Shown: piece by piece, positions 38,725-48,786 of the stretch
Numbering within the stretch: the first letter of the stretch is position 1
Layout of the letters: every line of letters begins with the position of its first letter
DNA from: an uncultured bacterium
GTDB lineage: Bacteria > Bacillota_I > Bacilli_A > RFN20 > CAG-826
Assembly: GCA_949285325.1 (NCBI GenBank)
Contig: CASDYZ010000032.1
Location: 1-55,663, forward strand
Direction: 5' to 3'
Length of the DNA stretch: 55,663 bases
Notes under the pieces: generated by a model
Databases searched by the model: none
What the model was told of the DNA's origin: nothing
What the model saw: the letters and a program-made list of their open reading frames with translations, nothing else
Translations under genes and position numbers: made by a program

Positions 38725-40722
38725 TTAACCTCTATTAGTTTTTTTCTTCTTACTAATATAGATTAACGCAAATGCGATGATACTTAAAGAAAGAACACCA
38801 ACAATTATGATAGTTGAATCTTTAATTGATGAACTTAATTCAAGAGTCGCACGCAATCCATTTGTTGAAAGTTGAGAATTAATATAACTCATCGTGTCAC
38901 TTACTTCACATAAATCAATCTCGGTAGTATAAACTTCGCCACAATAAGAATAATCCATGGAATTAGAAACAATTTCTTGTGCTTGTTCACTTAAATTTGA
39001 GTAAGTAGTTTCAAGCAATTGTTTAACTTCATTATATAATTCAGTATTGTTATCATTTATCATCGAACAATATGTGAAACCATTCTCAGTACTTCTTAAA
39101 GTAGAATAATATTGACTCATGAAATCATATGCTTCTTTCATCACATCGTTTGATGTATTTTCATCATCTAAAGTACTATCTTCTACATATATATCTTTAA
39201 CGACACCATAAAGATTAACATTTTCTCCACTAATAGTGCCATTTTGATTGATAACACCAAGTTTAAATGATGGAAGAGTGTCATAATATGTAACTAATTC
39301 GTCAAAGAATACACACCCCCAATTTCCACCAGTACGGTAGTCAGCTAACGCGATGATAATTTTTTGTCCTAAATAATCACTTAAATCGATTATGTGTCGA
39401 GTCATGGTGTTTAATCGTCCGTTGCCTCTCACTGAATCAACATTATCAAAGAATGCTTTATTAGTTACTTCATAAAGTAGTTCATGATTATCAGCGTTTA
39501 AAACTTGAACTGCAGATGAATTGCCCGCCATCTTGATAGAAATTAATCCGTTTCCGCTCAAAGTGAAAGCTGGAGACAATAAACGATATTTTTCAGTTTC
39601 AACAAAGCCGTTATCCCAACCTCGATAGAATTTATCGTCAGTTTTGTTGTACGGCATGTGTTCAGCCCACGGAGCGTGTTCTTCGCTACTAATCGCGTTT
39701 GCGAATGGAATGTAATAAGGTTGATTTAAAGTGGTTGTAGGGACAGTCTCGCCTTCTTGAACTTCTCCACTATATACAACATCTCTTGCGCTAAAATTGA
39801 GATCATACGCCCAGTCTAATAAATGTCCATCTTCAAAGCCTTCATTTAAATTGGTGATATTTGTTGAATAAGTGCCGTCTTCATTAATTGTTAATCCATT
39901 TGCTCTAACTACACTATATTCATCAGCAGTTCTATAAACATCGATAATATAATCTCTTGCTCTAGTATTATAATTAGCATTCGCGTCAAGCCCTTCACTT
40001 GGAATAGCGTGTTCACCATCATAAGGATTATATGGATAATGTGTAGTGTTATTTAAATCAATTACATTTCTTAAATCTTCGATATGGGCGGCTACACTCT
40101 TAACGACATCATCGATATTTTGATTGACTTGAAGCGCGCCAAAAGTCACCATACCAAAACCACCAGTTCTTTCATCAATTATTTGTAAATATAGTTGTTG
40201 TCCTTGATATTTACTTGGAATTTCAACAACTTTTGTAATCATATTGACAGAAAGATATGGATCATTAAATTGATCGTTAGTGATAGTTTTTACAACTTCA
40301 TCACCTTCAACTGTTTTAATTTCAACTCTATTTTGTGTAGTTTCGCCATTCACTTGAGGTCTTCCGCCTAAGGTGAAGGTGATGTAATCTTCAGTTTGTA
40401 CGAACGACTTGCTTGTAATTGTACCAGTCCAAGTTTCATGTCTATTACCATCGTAGAAATTATCCATCGCATTAAAATAACGATAATTCCAGAATGTACC
40501 ATATCTATCAGTCGTATACGCCGATGGTTTTAATTCCTCTTGCCCTTCACTAAGCTGTGTGCTATGAAAAGTGAAATTTGCATCGTTAAAAGGAATATAT
40601 TTTTCCACTTCTTCTTGAGCAGATACATTTGTTGTAAGAGGGGCATCAACAGTCATAAGTCCGCCGAAGGCAAATGCGGATATAGCCATTAAGCCAGTGC
40701 CTAAAAGTAAATACTTCTTCAT
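38725..40722 (-). CDS. non-catalytic surface protein: signal peptide, two CBM38-like modules, helical domain, C-terminal TM anchor
   Basis: Signal peptide ending VSA; two copies of the module shared with neighbouring genes; ends in a hydrophobic helix + KKKK. Confidence 0.7.
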   Translation of the reverse strand: MKKYLLLGTGLMAISAFAFGGLMTVDAPLTTNVSAQEEVEKYIPFNDANFTFHSTQLSEGQEELKPSAYTTDRYGTFWNYRYFNAMDNFYDGNRHETWTGTITSKSFVQTEDYITFTLGGRPQVNGETTQNRVEIKTVEGDEVVKTITNDQFNDPYLSVNMITKVVEIPSKYQGQQLYLQIIDERTGGFGMVTFGALQVNQNIDDVVKSVAAHIEDLRNVIDLNNTTHYPYNPYDGEHAIPSEGLDANANYNTRARDYIIDVYRTADEYSVVRANGLTINEDGTYSTNITNLNEGFEDGHLLDWAYDLNFSARDVVYSGEVQEGETVPTTTLNQPYYIPFANAISSEEHAPWAEHMPYNKTDDKFYRGWDNGFVETEKYRLLSPAFTLSGNGLISIKMAGNSSAVQVLNADNHELLYEVTNKAFFDNVDSVRGNGRLNTMTRHIIDLSDYLGQKIIIALADYRTGGNWGCVFFDELVTYYDTLPSFKLGVINQNGTISGENVNLYGVVKDIYVEDSTLDDENTSNDVMKEAYDFMSQYYSTLRSTENGFTYCSMINDNNTELYNEVKQLLETTYSNLSEQAQEIVSNSMDYSYCGEVYTTEIDLCEVSDTMSYINSQLSTNGLRATLELSSSIKDSTIIIVGVLSLSIIAFALIYISKKKKTNRG

Positions 40723-40739
40723 TTTATTTTTCCTCCTTT

Positions 40740-42947
40740 TTAATTACTTCTAGCTTCGAGCCATGGGAGTCTAACTTCCTCGCCGTTTTGAATGACGACG
40801 TCATAGTGCTCGTCTATGTTGATTGTTTGTTCGTGATAGACGTTAATATCATCAAAGAAAGCGACTGCCCAACTTTCTGAAATAACTTCATCACAAATTT
40901 CTATATAAAGGTTTTCACCTAAATATTGACTTAAATCAGCTACATATGTATTCATCGTGGCTAATCGACACCCTTGAGAAATATAAGGGAAATTAACATC
41001 TTGGAAGGCGTAGTTACGATACTCTGCAACAACCTCATTTGTTTCATTTTTAACAGTTAATTTTGAGGAACGTCCACCTAATTTAAATGTGATTTGCCCG
41101 CTTCCATTAAGTGTGAATGTCGTTGACTTTAATGTGTATCCTTCTACTTCAACACTACACGCATTCCACCCGTTAAAGAAATATGTGCCACTTTTATTAA
41201 ATGGGATGGCTTCAGCCCACCAAGTATCATCGCTACAAATCGCATTATCAGTGTTAACATTGCCGTCTAATACGAGCCAACCATCTAAATTACCAGTTTC
41301 AAAACCACCATTTTCAATTTGATTATCGTAAGTCAAATTATCCAAGACATTTAATTTAATAATGCTATCTGTAAAATTGTCGAATGCATCACTAATCTTA
41401 ATATTGACAACGTACTCTCCAACATTTAATTCAAAATTAGAATAGTCACCTTCTACTTCATTTCCGTTATATGTAACAGATGTAATTTCTGTTTTTAAAT
41501 CGTTAGTCGCAGTGTAATCATCACTGTAAGACAATTGTTTAAACAAAACATTTAAATTCATCGTTTGAGGAGAGATTGTTAGTTCTTGTGCTACTCCATT
41601 TGTCTCATCAATGACAGGTGCTTGTCCACCTAGTGGGAAAGAAATACCGCCGTTATATGCGTTTATATAAGCATTTTTTGCTACGTCGTCAGCGACTTCA
41701 TTCGCCCAATTTCTAAGTGACGCTACTCCGTCAATCACTTCTTGTTCACTCAAATTAATGACGAAATCATCAACTTCAATAAATGCAAATCCACCAGTCG
41801 ATACATTATCTACGATTGTGAAATATAAAGTCTTACCAATATATTCACTTAAATCTACATAATAACGGATGAGATTTTGGGCTAAATCTGGATCTTTAAA
41901 AGCGGTGTTATAAACTTTTAATAATTCTTCACCGGTCTCCCCGTCATTAACCGCGACATATGTGCCAGGTTGAGAAGCCGCGCCGATCATAAATGTCGCA
42001 TAAGATTTACCATTTCCTTTATCGATTACTTTAAATCTTTCACTTCTCATTTTACCCGTTTTATCTTCACCACTTGAAAGGTTAGATAAGAAGTATTCTC
42101 CCTCTGCGTGATATTGTCTAGTTTCCCAATATAAACTTGAAGAAGGTACAATCATACTGTCATTTAAGAACGCTTCTCCCGCGATTGGTAACCAATACGA
42201 TGTATCGCCTGTTTCAAATCCCCCATTTCTAAGCGACTCTACTGGAGTAGAAGCGTCGATATCAGCTTGTTGATACATGAGAAGTTGATCTTCTCTTTCA
42301 ACTAGTGCATCGTTTCTTTCTTGTGCGTTCATCAACAATTTAAAATCGTCAAGATTAAAGAAAGAATAATCTTCATAATCAGATTCAGTCGCATTATCAG
42401 TTATCTTAATGTAAATATCTTTTTCAAGATGTTCTCTTAAATCGACGACATGACGAATCATGATAGACCTAATAGTCGTGCCATTAAAATCAGTATTAAC
42501 TAATTTTGTATATTCAGTTTCTCTATCGCCATCTAAATAAAATGTTAAAGGAACATCGTCTTTACCGACTTCATAAAATTCAATATAGCAATCTTCAGTA
42601 TTAGACGCAGCCCCTAATTTTAAGGAGATATTAGCTATCCCACCTAAATGAAATGGGTCACTTGTTAAAGTACCAGTAAATGCTGGTAAAGACATGCTTG
42701 CCCCGGCGTACATATATTCGCCTACTTTTTCACTTTGTTGCCCATCTTCAAAACTAGAAGCATTAGAGACATCTTCTTCACTAAAGCCACCTAAACCTCC
42801 AACAGTCCAACCAACTAAACCATCTTCAAAGCTACCATTTTTGATTTGTGTGTCATATTTAGGCGTCTCTTCACCACTCTCTTCACAACCAGTGACGAGA
42901 AAAGGAATTAATAACAATAAAGGTACAATAATCTTATTTTTCATCAT
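40740..42947 (-). CDS. non-catalytic lipoprotein with three CBM38-like modules and an Ig-like spacer
   Basis: Start moved to ATG 42947 (AAGGAG RBS, lipobox VTGC); three NGxFExG..W / S..F / DL..(Y/H) / DD repeats. Confidence 0.75.
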   Translation of the reverse strand: MMKNKIIVPLLLLIPFLVTGCEESGEETPKYDTQIKNGSFEDGLVGWTVGGLGGFSEEDVSNASSFEDGQQSEKVGEYMYAGASMSLPAFTGTLTSDPFHLGGIANISLKLGAASNTEDCYIEFYEVGKDDVPLTFYLDGDRETEYTKLVNTDFNGTTIRSIMIRHVVDLREHLEKDIYIKITDNATESDYEDYSFFNLDDFKLLMNAQERNDALVEREDQLLMYQQADIDASTPVESLRNGGFETGDTSYWLPIAGEAFLNDSMIVPSSSLYWETRQYHAEGEYFLSNLSSGEDKTGKMRSERFKVIDKGNGKSYATFMIGAASQPGTYVAVNDGETGEELLKVYNTAFKDPDLAQNLIRYYVDLSEYIGKTLYFTIVDNVSTGGFAFIEVDDFVINLSEQEVIDGVASLRNWANEVADDVAKNAYINAYNGGISFPLGGQAPVIDETNGVAQELTISPQTMNLNVLFKQLSYSDDYTATNDLKTEITSVTYNGNEVEGDYSNFELNVGEYVVNIKISDAFDNFTDSIIKLNVLDNLTYDNQIENGGFETGNLDGWLVLDGNVNTDNAICSDDTWWAEAIPFNKSGTYFFNGWNACSVEVEGYTLKSTTFTLNGSGQITFKLGGRSSKLTVKNETNEVVAEYRNYAFQDVNFPYISQGCRLATMNTYVADLSQYLGENLYIEICDEVISESWAVAFFDDINVYHEQTINIDEHYDVVIQNGEEVRLPWLEARSN

Positions 42948-44373
42948 TTTCTTCTCCTTTAGTTTCTTTATATTCATATTTAATAAAATTAGTAATATTA
43001 ATATTGCTATCATTTTCGTTATCAAAACAAACACCATATTCTCCACATGCAAAATATAGTGCGGAGAACGCATATTTATTGTTGATTAATATTTCGATAC
43101 ATGAATGGTCAATCAATATGTCGAAATGAAGTTTATCGACACCTTCATCAATCAATATTTTTCTAACATTCGCATCACTTCCATCTTGATTAAAAATATA
43201 TTCAAAAGAATCTTCTCTAGAAAAAAGTATAGTTTCATCACTTTTATCGATATAAATATAAAAACCTTTACCATTAGAATTATATAGGCTGATAATCCCA
43301 TTTTTATCGATTTGAATATTAAATTTATAACGCACTATTGGGCTATTTGACTTAAATTCGCATTGATTTTCAACTTTAAAGTCGTCTATTTGATTTATAT
43401 TTTTTACATATTTTTTTAATCCGTCATCATTAAAATATTGATAGATATAATTGTTTTCTACTTTTAAGATTCTAGGCACGATAAACTGACCTGCATAACC
43501 TAAAAATTCGCTAGGGAAATTTCTATCCCACATCGCTTGCCACGCGACGAGGTAGTTAATATTGTCGTGTCTTAAAGTTTGAGAAGCATAAAAATCAAAA
43601 CCATAATCGAGTTGTATCTCGTCGCTTGTAGGAACAAATTTAATGTTGTCAAAATCAAATTTACCAATTAAAGCGATTGTTGAATGTATGTTTTGATATT
43701 TATATTTAGAAGTAGATTTTTTATACTGTGGGGAACAGAATAAAATACATTCGTCATTTTGTTCATTTAAAAATAAAATGTCGCAGCATTCAAGCATGCC
43801 GTTACTTAAATTATTCATTTCAAAAATTGGTCCTAGATAGGTGACATCCTTAAAATCTTTAGTTCTAAATAAGATTAGATGTGAACCATCTTCTTTGACT
43901 TTCGCGCCGACAAGTACATAAAAATAACCATGACGGAAAAATATCTTAGGGTCTCTAAAATTATTAATATCATATATAGAAGGCAAATTATGCCTATCTA
44001 TAAATGGATTTAAATCGCTTTTTATATAATTGAGTCCATCAGTAGAAGAGGCGATACACTGCGTCTGCACTTTATCTTTAACACCTGTATAAACTAAATA
44101 ATGTTTTTTATCAATTTCAGTCGCGGAGCCAGAAAAACATCCATCGCCATTATCGTAAGGTTTATCAGGACATAAAGCGATACCCACTTCATCCCATTTA
44201 ATTAGATCTTCACTGACAAAATGTAGCCAGTGCATCGGCCCCCATTTAGTGTCAAATGGATTGTGTTGGGCGAAAAGATGATATTTTCCATCGAAGAAAG
44301 AAAAACCATTAGGGTCATTAATCCATCCTTTGTGGGCGGTGATATGAAAAATAGGTCGATAATCTTTATTCAT
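42934..44373 (-). CDS. GH32 beta-fructofuranosidase, cytoplasmic
   Basis: WINDPNG, FSGSA, FRDP and EC motifs; no signal peptide. Confidence 0.92.
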   Translation of the reverse strand: MNKDYRPIFHITAHKGWINDPNGFSFFDGKYHLFAQHNPFDTKWGPMHWLHFVSEDLIKWDEVGIALCPDKPYDNGDGCFSGSATEIDKKHYLVYTGVKDKVQTQCIASSTDGLNYIKSDLNPFIDRHNLPSIYDINNFRDPKIFFRHGYFYVLVGAKVKEDGSHLILFRTKDFKDVTYLGPIFEMNNLSNGMLECCDILFLNEQNDECILFCSPQYKKSTSKYKYQNIHSTIALIGKFDFDNIKFVPTSDEIQLDYGFDFYASQTLRHDNINYLVAWQAMWDRNFPSEFLGYAGQFIVPRILKVENNYIYQYFNDDGLKKYVKNINQIDDFKVENQCEFKSNSPIVRYKFNIQIDKNGIISLYNSNGKGFYIYIDKSDETILFSREDSFEYIFNQDGSDANVRKILIDEGVDKLHFDILIDHSCIEILINNKYAFSALYFACGEYGVCFDNENDSNINITNFIKYEYKETKGEENDEK

Positions 44374-44374
44374 A

Positions 44375-46429
44375 TTAATTCACCTCAATATCGTGGAAGA
44401 CACCACTGGTAAGATGTGCGCTTCCCCCTTCAGTAAAGAAAGAAATATCTTTTCCTGCTTCACTAGGAAAAATAAGCCCGCTCATCGTGTAATATCCATC
44501 ATTAATAAATAATTCAACACTTGAAACATCGACAAATATCTCAAATTTAATTTTGTTGTCGATTGGTTCAATTCGTGCATATCTGACATTTAGTTCTCCA
44601 TCGTCATCAAAGGAGTCAATATCGACACCACTGTTACGCCTATCAAATACGACCATACCTAAAAAATCATCATAGTAAATATTAGTAGATTCATTTTCGC
44701 TTTGAAGGAGTTTAAAACCAGCTTTCCCACCATTTAAATTAGATACATCAATTTCAACATTTAAATGAATTTTATCGCCTTTAACGTCTAATTTAATTTC
44801 ATTATCACTACATTCGATTTCATTCAAAATAGTCTCGTTTTGATAGTAATTTTGTATTTCTTGTATTGGTTTTTGATAAATATGATTATCTTTTAATTCT
44901 AGTTCTCTAGGCAAGGTAACTTCACCTGCATAGCCATCTATCGCACTAGGATAACTTCTCGACCACATATTCATCCACGCGAGCATTATGGTCCTATCTT
45001 CTTCTTGATAAATCTGAGTGGCATAAAAATCAAAACCTTTATCAAATTCCTCCATGTAGTCGACACCATTATCATTTGTAAATATACCGTTTTCAAAATC
45101 GAGATTACCGATCTGATAAGTGACAGAATGGATATTTTGATATGACGCTTTATCCGCGTCTCTTATAGATTGTGGAGAAGTTATAATAATGTCTTTACCA
45201 TCCATATAGGCATAATTTGGACATTCAAACATCCCGCTTCCTGTAATGGTGGAAGAATAAATACTACCTATCGTTTTCCAATTTAATAAATCGGAGGAAG
45301 AATATAAAAGAAGTTGACCTCCTTCACCTTCTAGTTTCCCACCAATCAACGCGTAATAAACATCGTCTTTAACAAATAAATATGGATCTCTAAAATCAGT
45401 GATTCGCGAATTTAGTCTCATAGATGAATCAATAACTGGGTTCATATTTCTCTTAGTGAAAGATACGCCATCAAAACTAGTGGCGAGAGCTTGTTGTTGC
45501 ACCCCTGTTTCACCTACCGCGGTGTATAGTAGATGCATCTTATCTCCATCTACCACCGCACCTCCAGAAAATACACCATTTTTATCGTAACTTTTATCAG
45601 GTGCAAGTGCGATAGAGGCATCTGTCCACTTAATTAAATCTTTACTTATCGCGTGTCCCCAATACATCGTATCCCAGCTAGGAGAATATGGATTATGTTG
45701 ATAAAACAAATGATAGTAACCATCGTAATAAACAAAACCATTAGGGTCGTTCATCCATCCTATAGTAGGCATGAGATGATATGTGTGTCTATATCTATCA
45801 TTGACTGTGTCTTTGTATTTAAGCGTGTAATTTCTCGCGTCGCTCAATAAAGTTCCATCATCTTCATTCAAAGAAGAAGATATTTCAAAATCATCGACCA
45901 TTATGTAGTTATAACCACTATTAGAAGAATCATTGTCATTAAGTTGAACATATAATTGTTCACCTATATATTCTTTTAAATCGACGACGATACGGTACAT
46001 CCTATTATTCGGTACTTCGTGATTAAAAAATTTATTACTAATTCTTGTTATTTCTTCACCAGTGTCATCTTTATGGATTGACACATAGACTAAATCAGGG
46101 TTTGCCCCTCCTCCAATCAAGAAACTAATTTTACCATTTCCTTTAAGTTTAAATGATGTTGATTTAAGTGTACCAACCGCCTCATTACCGACACTTTCTC
46201 CACTTAAATAAAAATTACCTTCGACGTGAATTTTATCTTTATTTGAATCACTTATCAAAACACAAGTATCGTTAAAAGCGTCCCCACTTATCGTCCAATT
46301 AGAAAGCGTCCCTAACTCAAAATCTCCATTGGTAAAAGTGTAAGGTTTATCACTTGAGGAAGTAGAGCAAGATGAAGAGGAGATAGTTAAAAATAAAATT
46401 AACAAAGGGGCAAATTTATTTTTTTTCAT
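44375..46429 (-). CDS. GH32 exo-type fructan hydrolase lipoprotein with N-terminal CBM38-like module
   Basis: Signal peptide ending SSSC; NGDFELGTLSNW module; WMNDPNG, FSGGA, FRDP and MFECP motifs. Confidence 0.9.
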   Translation of the reverse strand: MKKNKFAPLLILFLTISSSSCSTSSSDKPYTFTNGDFELGTLSNWTISGDAFNDTCVLISDSNKDKIHVEGNFYLSGESVGNEAVGTLKSTSFKLKGNGKISFLIGGGANPDLVYVSIHKDDTGEEITRISNKFFNHEVPNNRMYRIVVDLKEYIGEQLYVQLNDNDSSNSGYNYIMVDDFEISSSLNEDDGTLLSDARNYTLKYKDTVNDRYRHTYHLMPTIGWMNDPNGFVYYDGYYHLFYQHNPYSPSWDTMYWGHAISKDLIKWTDASIALAPDKSYDKNGVFSGGAVVDGDKMHLLYTAVGETGVQQQALATSFDGVSFTKRNMNPVIDSSMRLNSRITDFRDPYLFVKDDVYYALIGGKLEGEGGQLLLYSSSDLLNWKTIGSIYSSTITGSGMFECPNYAYMDGKDIIITSPQSIRDADKASYQNIHSVTYQIGNLDFENGIFTNDNGVDYMEEFDKGFDFYATQIYQEEDRTIMLAWMNMWSRSYPSAIDGYAGEVTLPRELELKDNHIYQKPIQEIQNYYQNETILNEIECSDNEIKLDVKGDKIHLNVEIDVSNLNGGKAGFKLLQSENESTNIYYDDFLGMVVFDRRNSGVDIDSFDDDGELNVRYARIEPIDNKIKFEIFVDVSSVELFINDGYYTMSGLIFPSEAGKDISFFTEGGSAHLTSGVFHDIEVN

Positions 46430-48783
46430 TAATATATCCCCTCCAAATTGTTCATCACAAAACTCGATATAATACTAGAAGTTTCTATTTTTGTATATAA
46501 AGCATCAAAAGAAGAAGGATAACTCCTCAAAGATATAGTTTTTTCATTGTTAAAGACAACTTCGACACAACTTCTATCGACATATAAATCAATTTCAATC
46601 GATGAAGCATCGCTTATTTGTCCACTAAAATCTCCGCCACTCAAAGAAGAATTATTGCCATTTAAAGTGTTGACTGCCCCAACGATGTTATTAGCAGGAT
46701 CAACATAAATAGATGTATATTCACTCTCATCGCTAGTCATCCTCGTCTTAATCGTTAATGGAGAAGAGAGATTTTCAACACTTAATTTAATATTAAACAT
46801 ATCGCTACTTATGTCTTTAATATTCATGTTGATTTCATCTGCGCTTAGATTGACACCATCAAAAACTACTCCACTAGATAAATTAGAGACAACGTCATCG
46901 ATGATAGATATATTTAAATCGTTGGTGTTGGTATTATAGTTAATAACACGTGGTAAACCAACATTATGTGACCAGCCAGAACTTGCTAAATCAATAGATT
47001 CTCTCGACGATTGTAAAATTGAGAAAATAATAGTCTCACCACTCACTGGATCAATAAAACCACTTGGGCCAGTAAAGATATTTTTACCATAATCCATTCG
47101 GCGAGGATCTTTAAAATCTGGAATAAATCTAAATGTATCTTTATTAAATTTACCAATCCAATAGATGATATTATTGTCTGCGGTTGACGCGGGCGCAGGT
47201 GAAATAATAAATATCCATTTATTTGTTTCGTTGTTATTCTCATCTTTTAAAGGAAGTAGGACAGGTAACTCCCATACAGTACCGTATTTAGAGTCACTAT
47301 TATCATAATCAAAGACATGACCTTTATATTCCCAGTTATGAAAATAATCTGTTTTATTCGCATTAGTGTAATAAATGAGGGCGGTGCCTCGAGAAGAGTT
47401 TTCATCCCCACTTCCAATGATTAAATAATAATCATCACCATCTTTATAAATGTGTGGATCTCTAAATTCTCCACTTCTTCCTTGTCCACTTTCTTGAGCA
47501 ATTGCAAGCTCATCATCAATTATCCATTCAGTTAAATATGGATCAGATAAATCTTTAGGTTTAGCCATACCGACATTTTGATTTGAAACTAGACCAGAAT
47601 GAACATAATCACCAGCGGTAAAAAATAAAGTAGGTACACCATCTTTATCGTAAGTAGACGCGCCAGACCACACCCCGTCAGGACATACACTATCAGCGGT
47701 AGGGACGACAACTTCTTTTCTAGGTGTCCAATTAACCATATCTTCACTAGTTAGGTGTCCCCAACAAATACCACGCGCGTCATTGAAATATGGACCATTA
47801 GGATTGAATTGGAAAAATAAATGATAGACACCGTTATAATATATAGGGGCGTGTGGCTCATTCATCCAATGCTCGTATGGACCTCCGTGATATTGTGGTT
47901 TATATACATCAGTCGTAAGTGTATTTTGAATCCAAACATCATTAAAATTAACTTCTTTAATTTCGCCATCAACTAAACAAGTTTCATAATATTCTCTATA
48001 ATCTTTAAAAGTTAAAACTGAATCATAAAACCTAAGTTCATCTAATAGTCCAGAAATAACTCCTTCTGAACAATCTCCCGATGAGGTGGCGACAGTGTTT
48101 TTACCAATTAAAAGTGGTAAGTCGCATCCAACAATTTTAGAAGAGGCAGGTATTTCCATCCTGTTGGCGATTACACCATTGACATATAAAAGCATCTCAC
48201 CATTTACTCCGTCGAAGACTGCAAGGACACTGTTCCATTCATATTGATTTAAAGGTGTACCTTCATCATAAAGTTGATACCATCCACTTTCTGTTCCTAC
48301 TCCAAAAGTGACTTTACCATCTCTTTTGTATCCAAGTTGAAAACCAGAAGCATAACTATCATCTTTATAATATTGACTAGCAATCGCTTGTATTAAATCA
48401 TCTTTAGAATTTTGATCACTCCAATTGTACGCGCGAGGCGCAATCCAAGCGGATATAGAGAAACTATCACCTTCTACTTTATATTCACCACTATCGATGG
48501 AGGCAAAAGTAGAATAGCCATCAAACACCATCGCGTCATCAAATATCCCTTCTTTAAATTGAATGTTTATTGGTGATGGTAGGGTTTGTGATTCTAATAA
48601 GTGATAGCTCATCTTGATAGAATCTATATGTTTAGATGAATCTATTAATAGCGATTCATTATTTTCTTCAAATTTAAAATACGCTTTTAAGTTTTGTTCA
48701 TACGCCATTCCAGTAGAATTAGAACAAGAGACACTTGCCAAAGATAAAAATAATAAAAAACTAATACTCAATATTTTTTTCAT
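46429..48783 (-). CDS. LamG-GH32 lipoprotein, cycloinulo-oligosaccharide fructanotransferase / endo-fructanase-like
   Basis: Signal peptide ending SVSC; LamG motifs (FSISAWI, LYVNG, GLLDELRFY); WMNEPHAP, WSGAS, FRDP and VWELP motifs. Confidence 0.82.
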   Translation of the reverse strand: MKKILSISFLLFLSLASVSCSNSTGMAYEQNLKAYFKFEENNESLLIDSSKHIDSIKMSYHLLESQTLPSPINIQFKEGIFDDAMVFDGYSTFASIDSGEYKVEGDSFSISAWIAPRAYNWSDQNSKDDLIQAIASQYYKDDSYASGFQLGYKRDGKVTFGVGTESGWYQLYDEGTPLNQYEWNSVLAVFDGVNGEMLLYVNGVIANRMEIPASSKIVGCDLPLLIGKNTVATSSGDCSEGVISGLLDELRFYDSVLTFKDYREYYETCLVDGEIKEVNFNDVWIQNTLTTDVYKPQYHGGPYEHWMNEPHAPIYYNGVYHLFFQFNPNGPYFNDARGICWGHLTSEDMVNWTPRKEVVVPTADSVCPDGVWSGASTYDKDGVPTLFFTAGDYVHSGLVSNQNVGMAKPKDLSDPYLTEWIIDDELAIAQESGQGRSGEFRDPHIYKDGDDYYLIIGSGDENSSRGTALIYYTNANKTDYFHNWEYKGHVFDYDNSDSKYGTVWELPVLLPLKDENNNETNKWIFIISPAPASTADNNIIYWIGKFNKDTFRFIPDFKDPRRMDYGKNIFTGPSGFIDPVSGETIIFSILQSSRESIDLASSGWSHNVGLPRVINYNTNTNDLNISIIDDVVSNLSSGVVFDGVNLSADEINMNIKDISSDMFNIKLSVENLSSPLTIKTRMTSDESEYTSIYVDPANNIVGAVNTLNGNNSSLSGGDFSGQISDASSIEIDLYVDRSCVEVVFNNEKTISLRSYPSSFDALYTKIETSSIISSFVMNNLEGIY

Positions 48784-48786
48784 AAA

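Noticed and set aside
42948-43073. N-terminal extension of the 777-aa ORF (similar extensions on cmk, mnmG, recX, hit)
   Set aside because: Overlaps the upstream gene or lacks an RBS; better starts with RBS and signal peptide lie downstream
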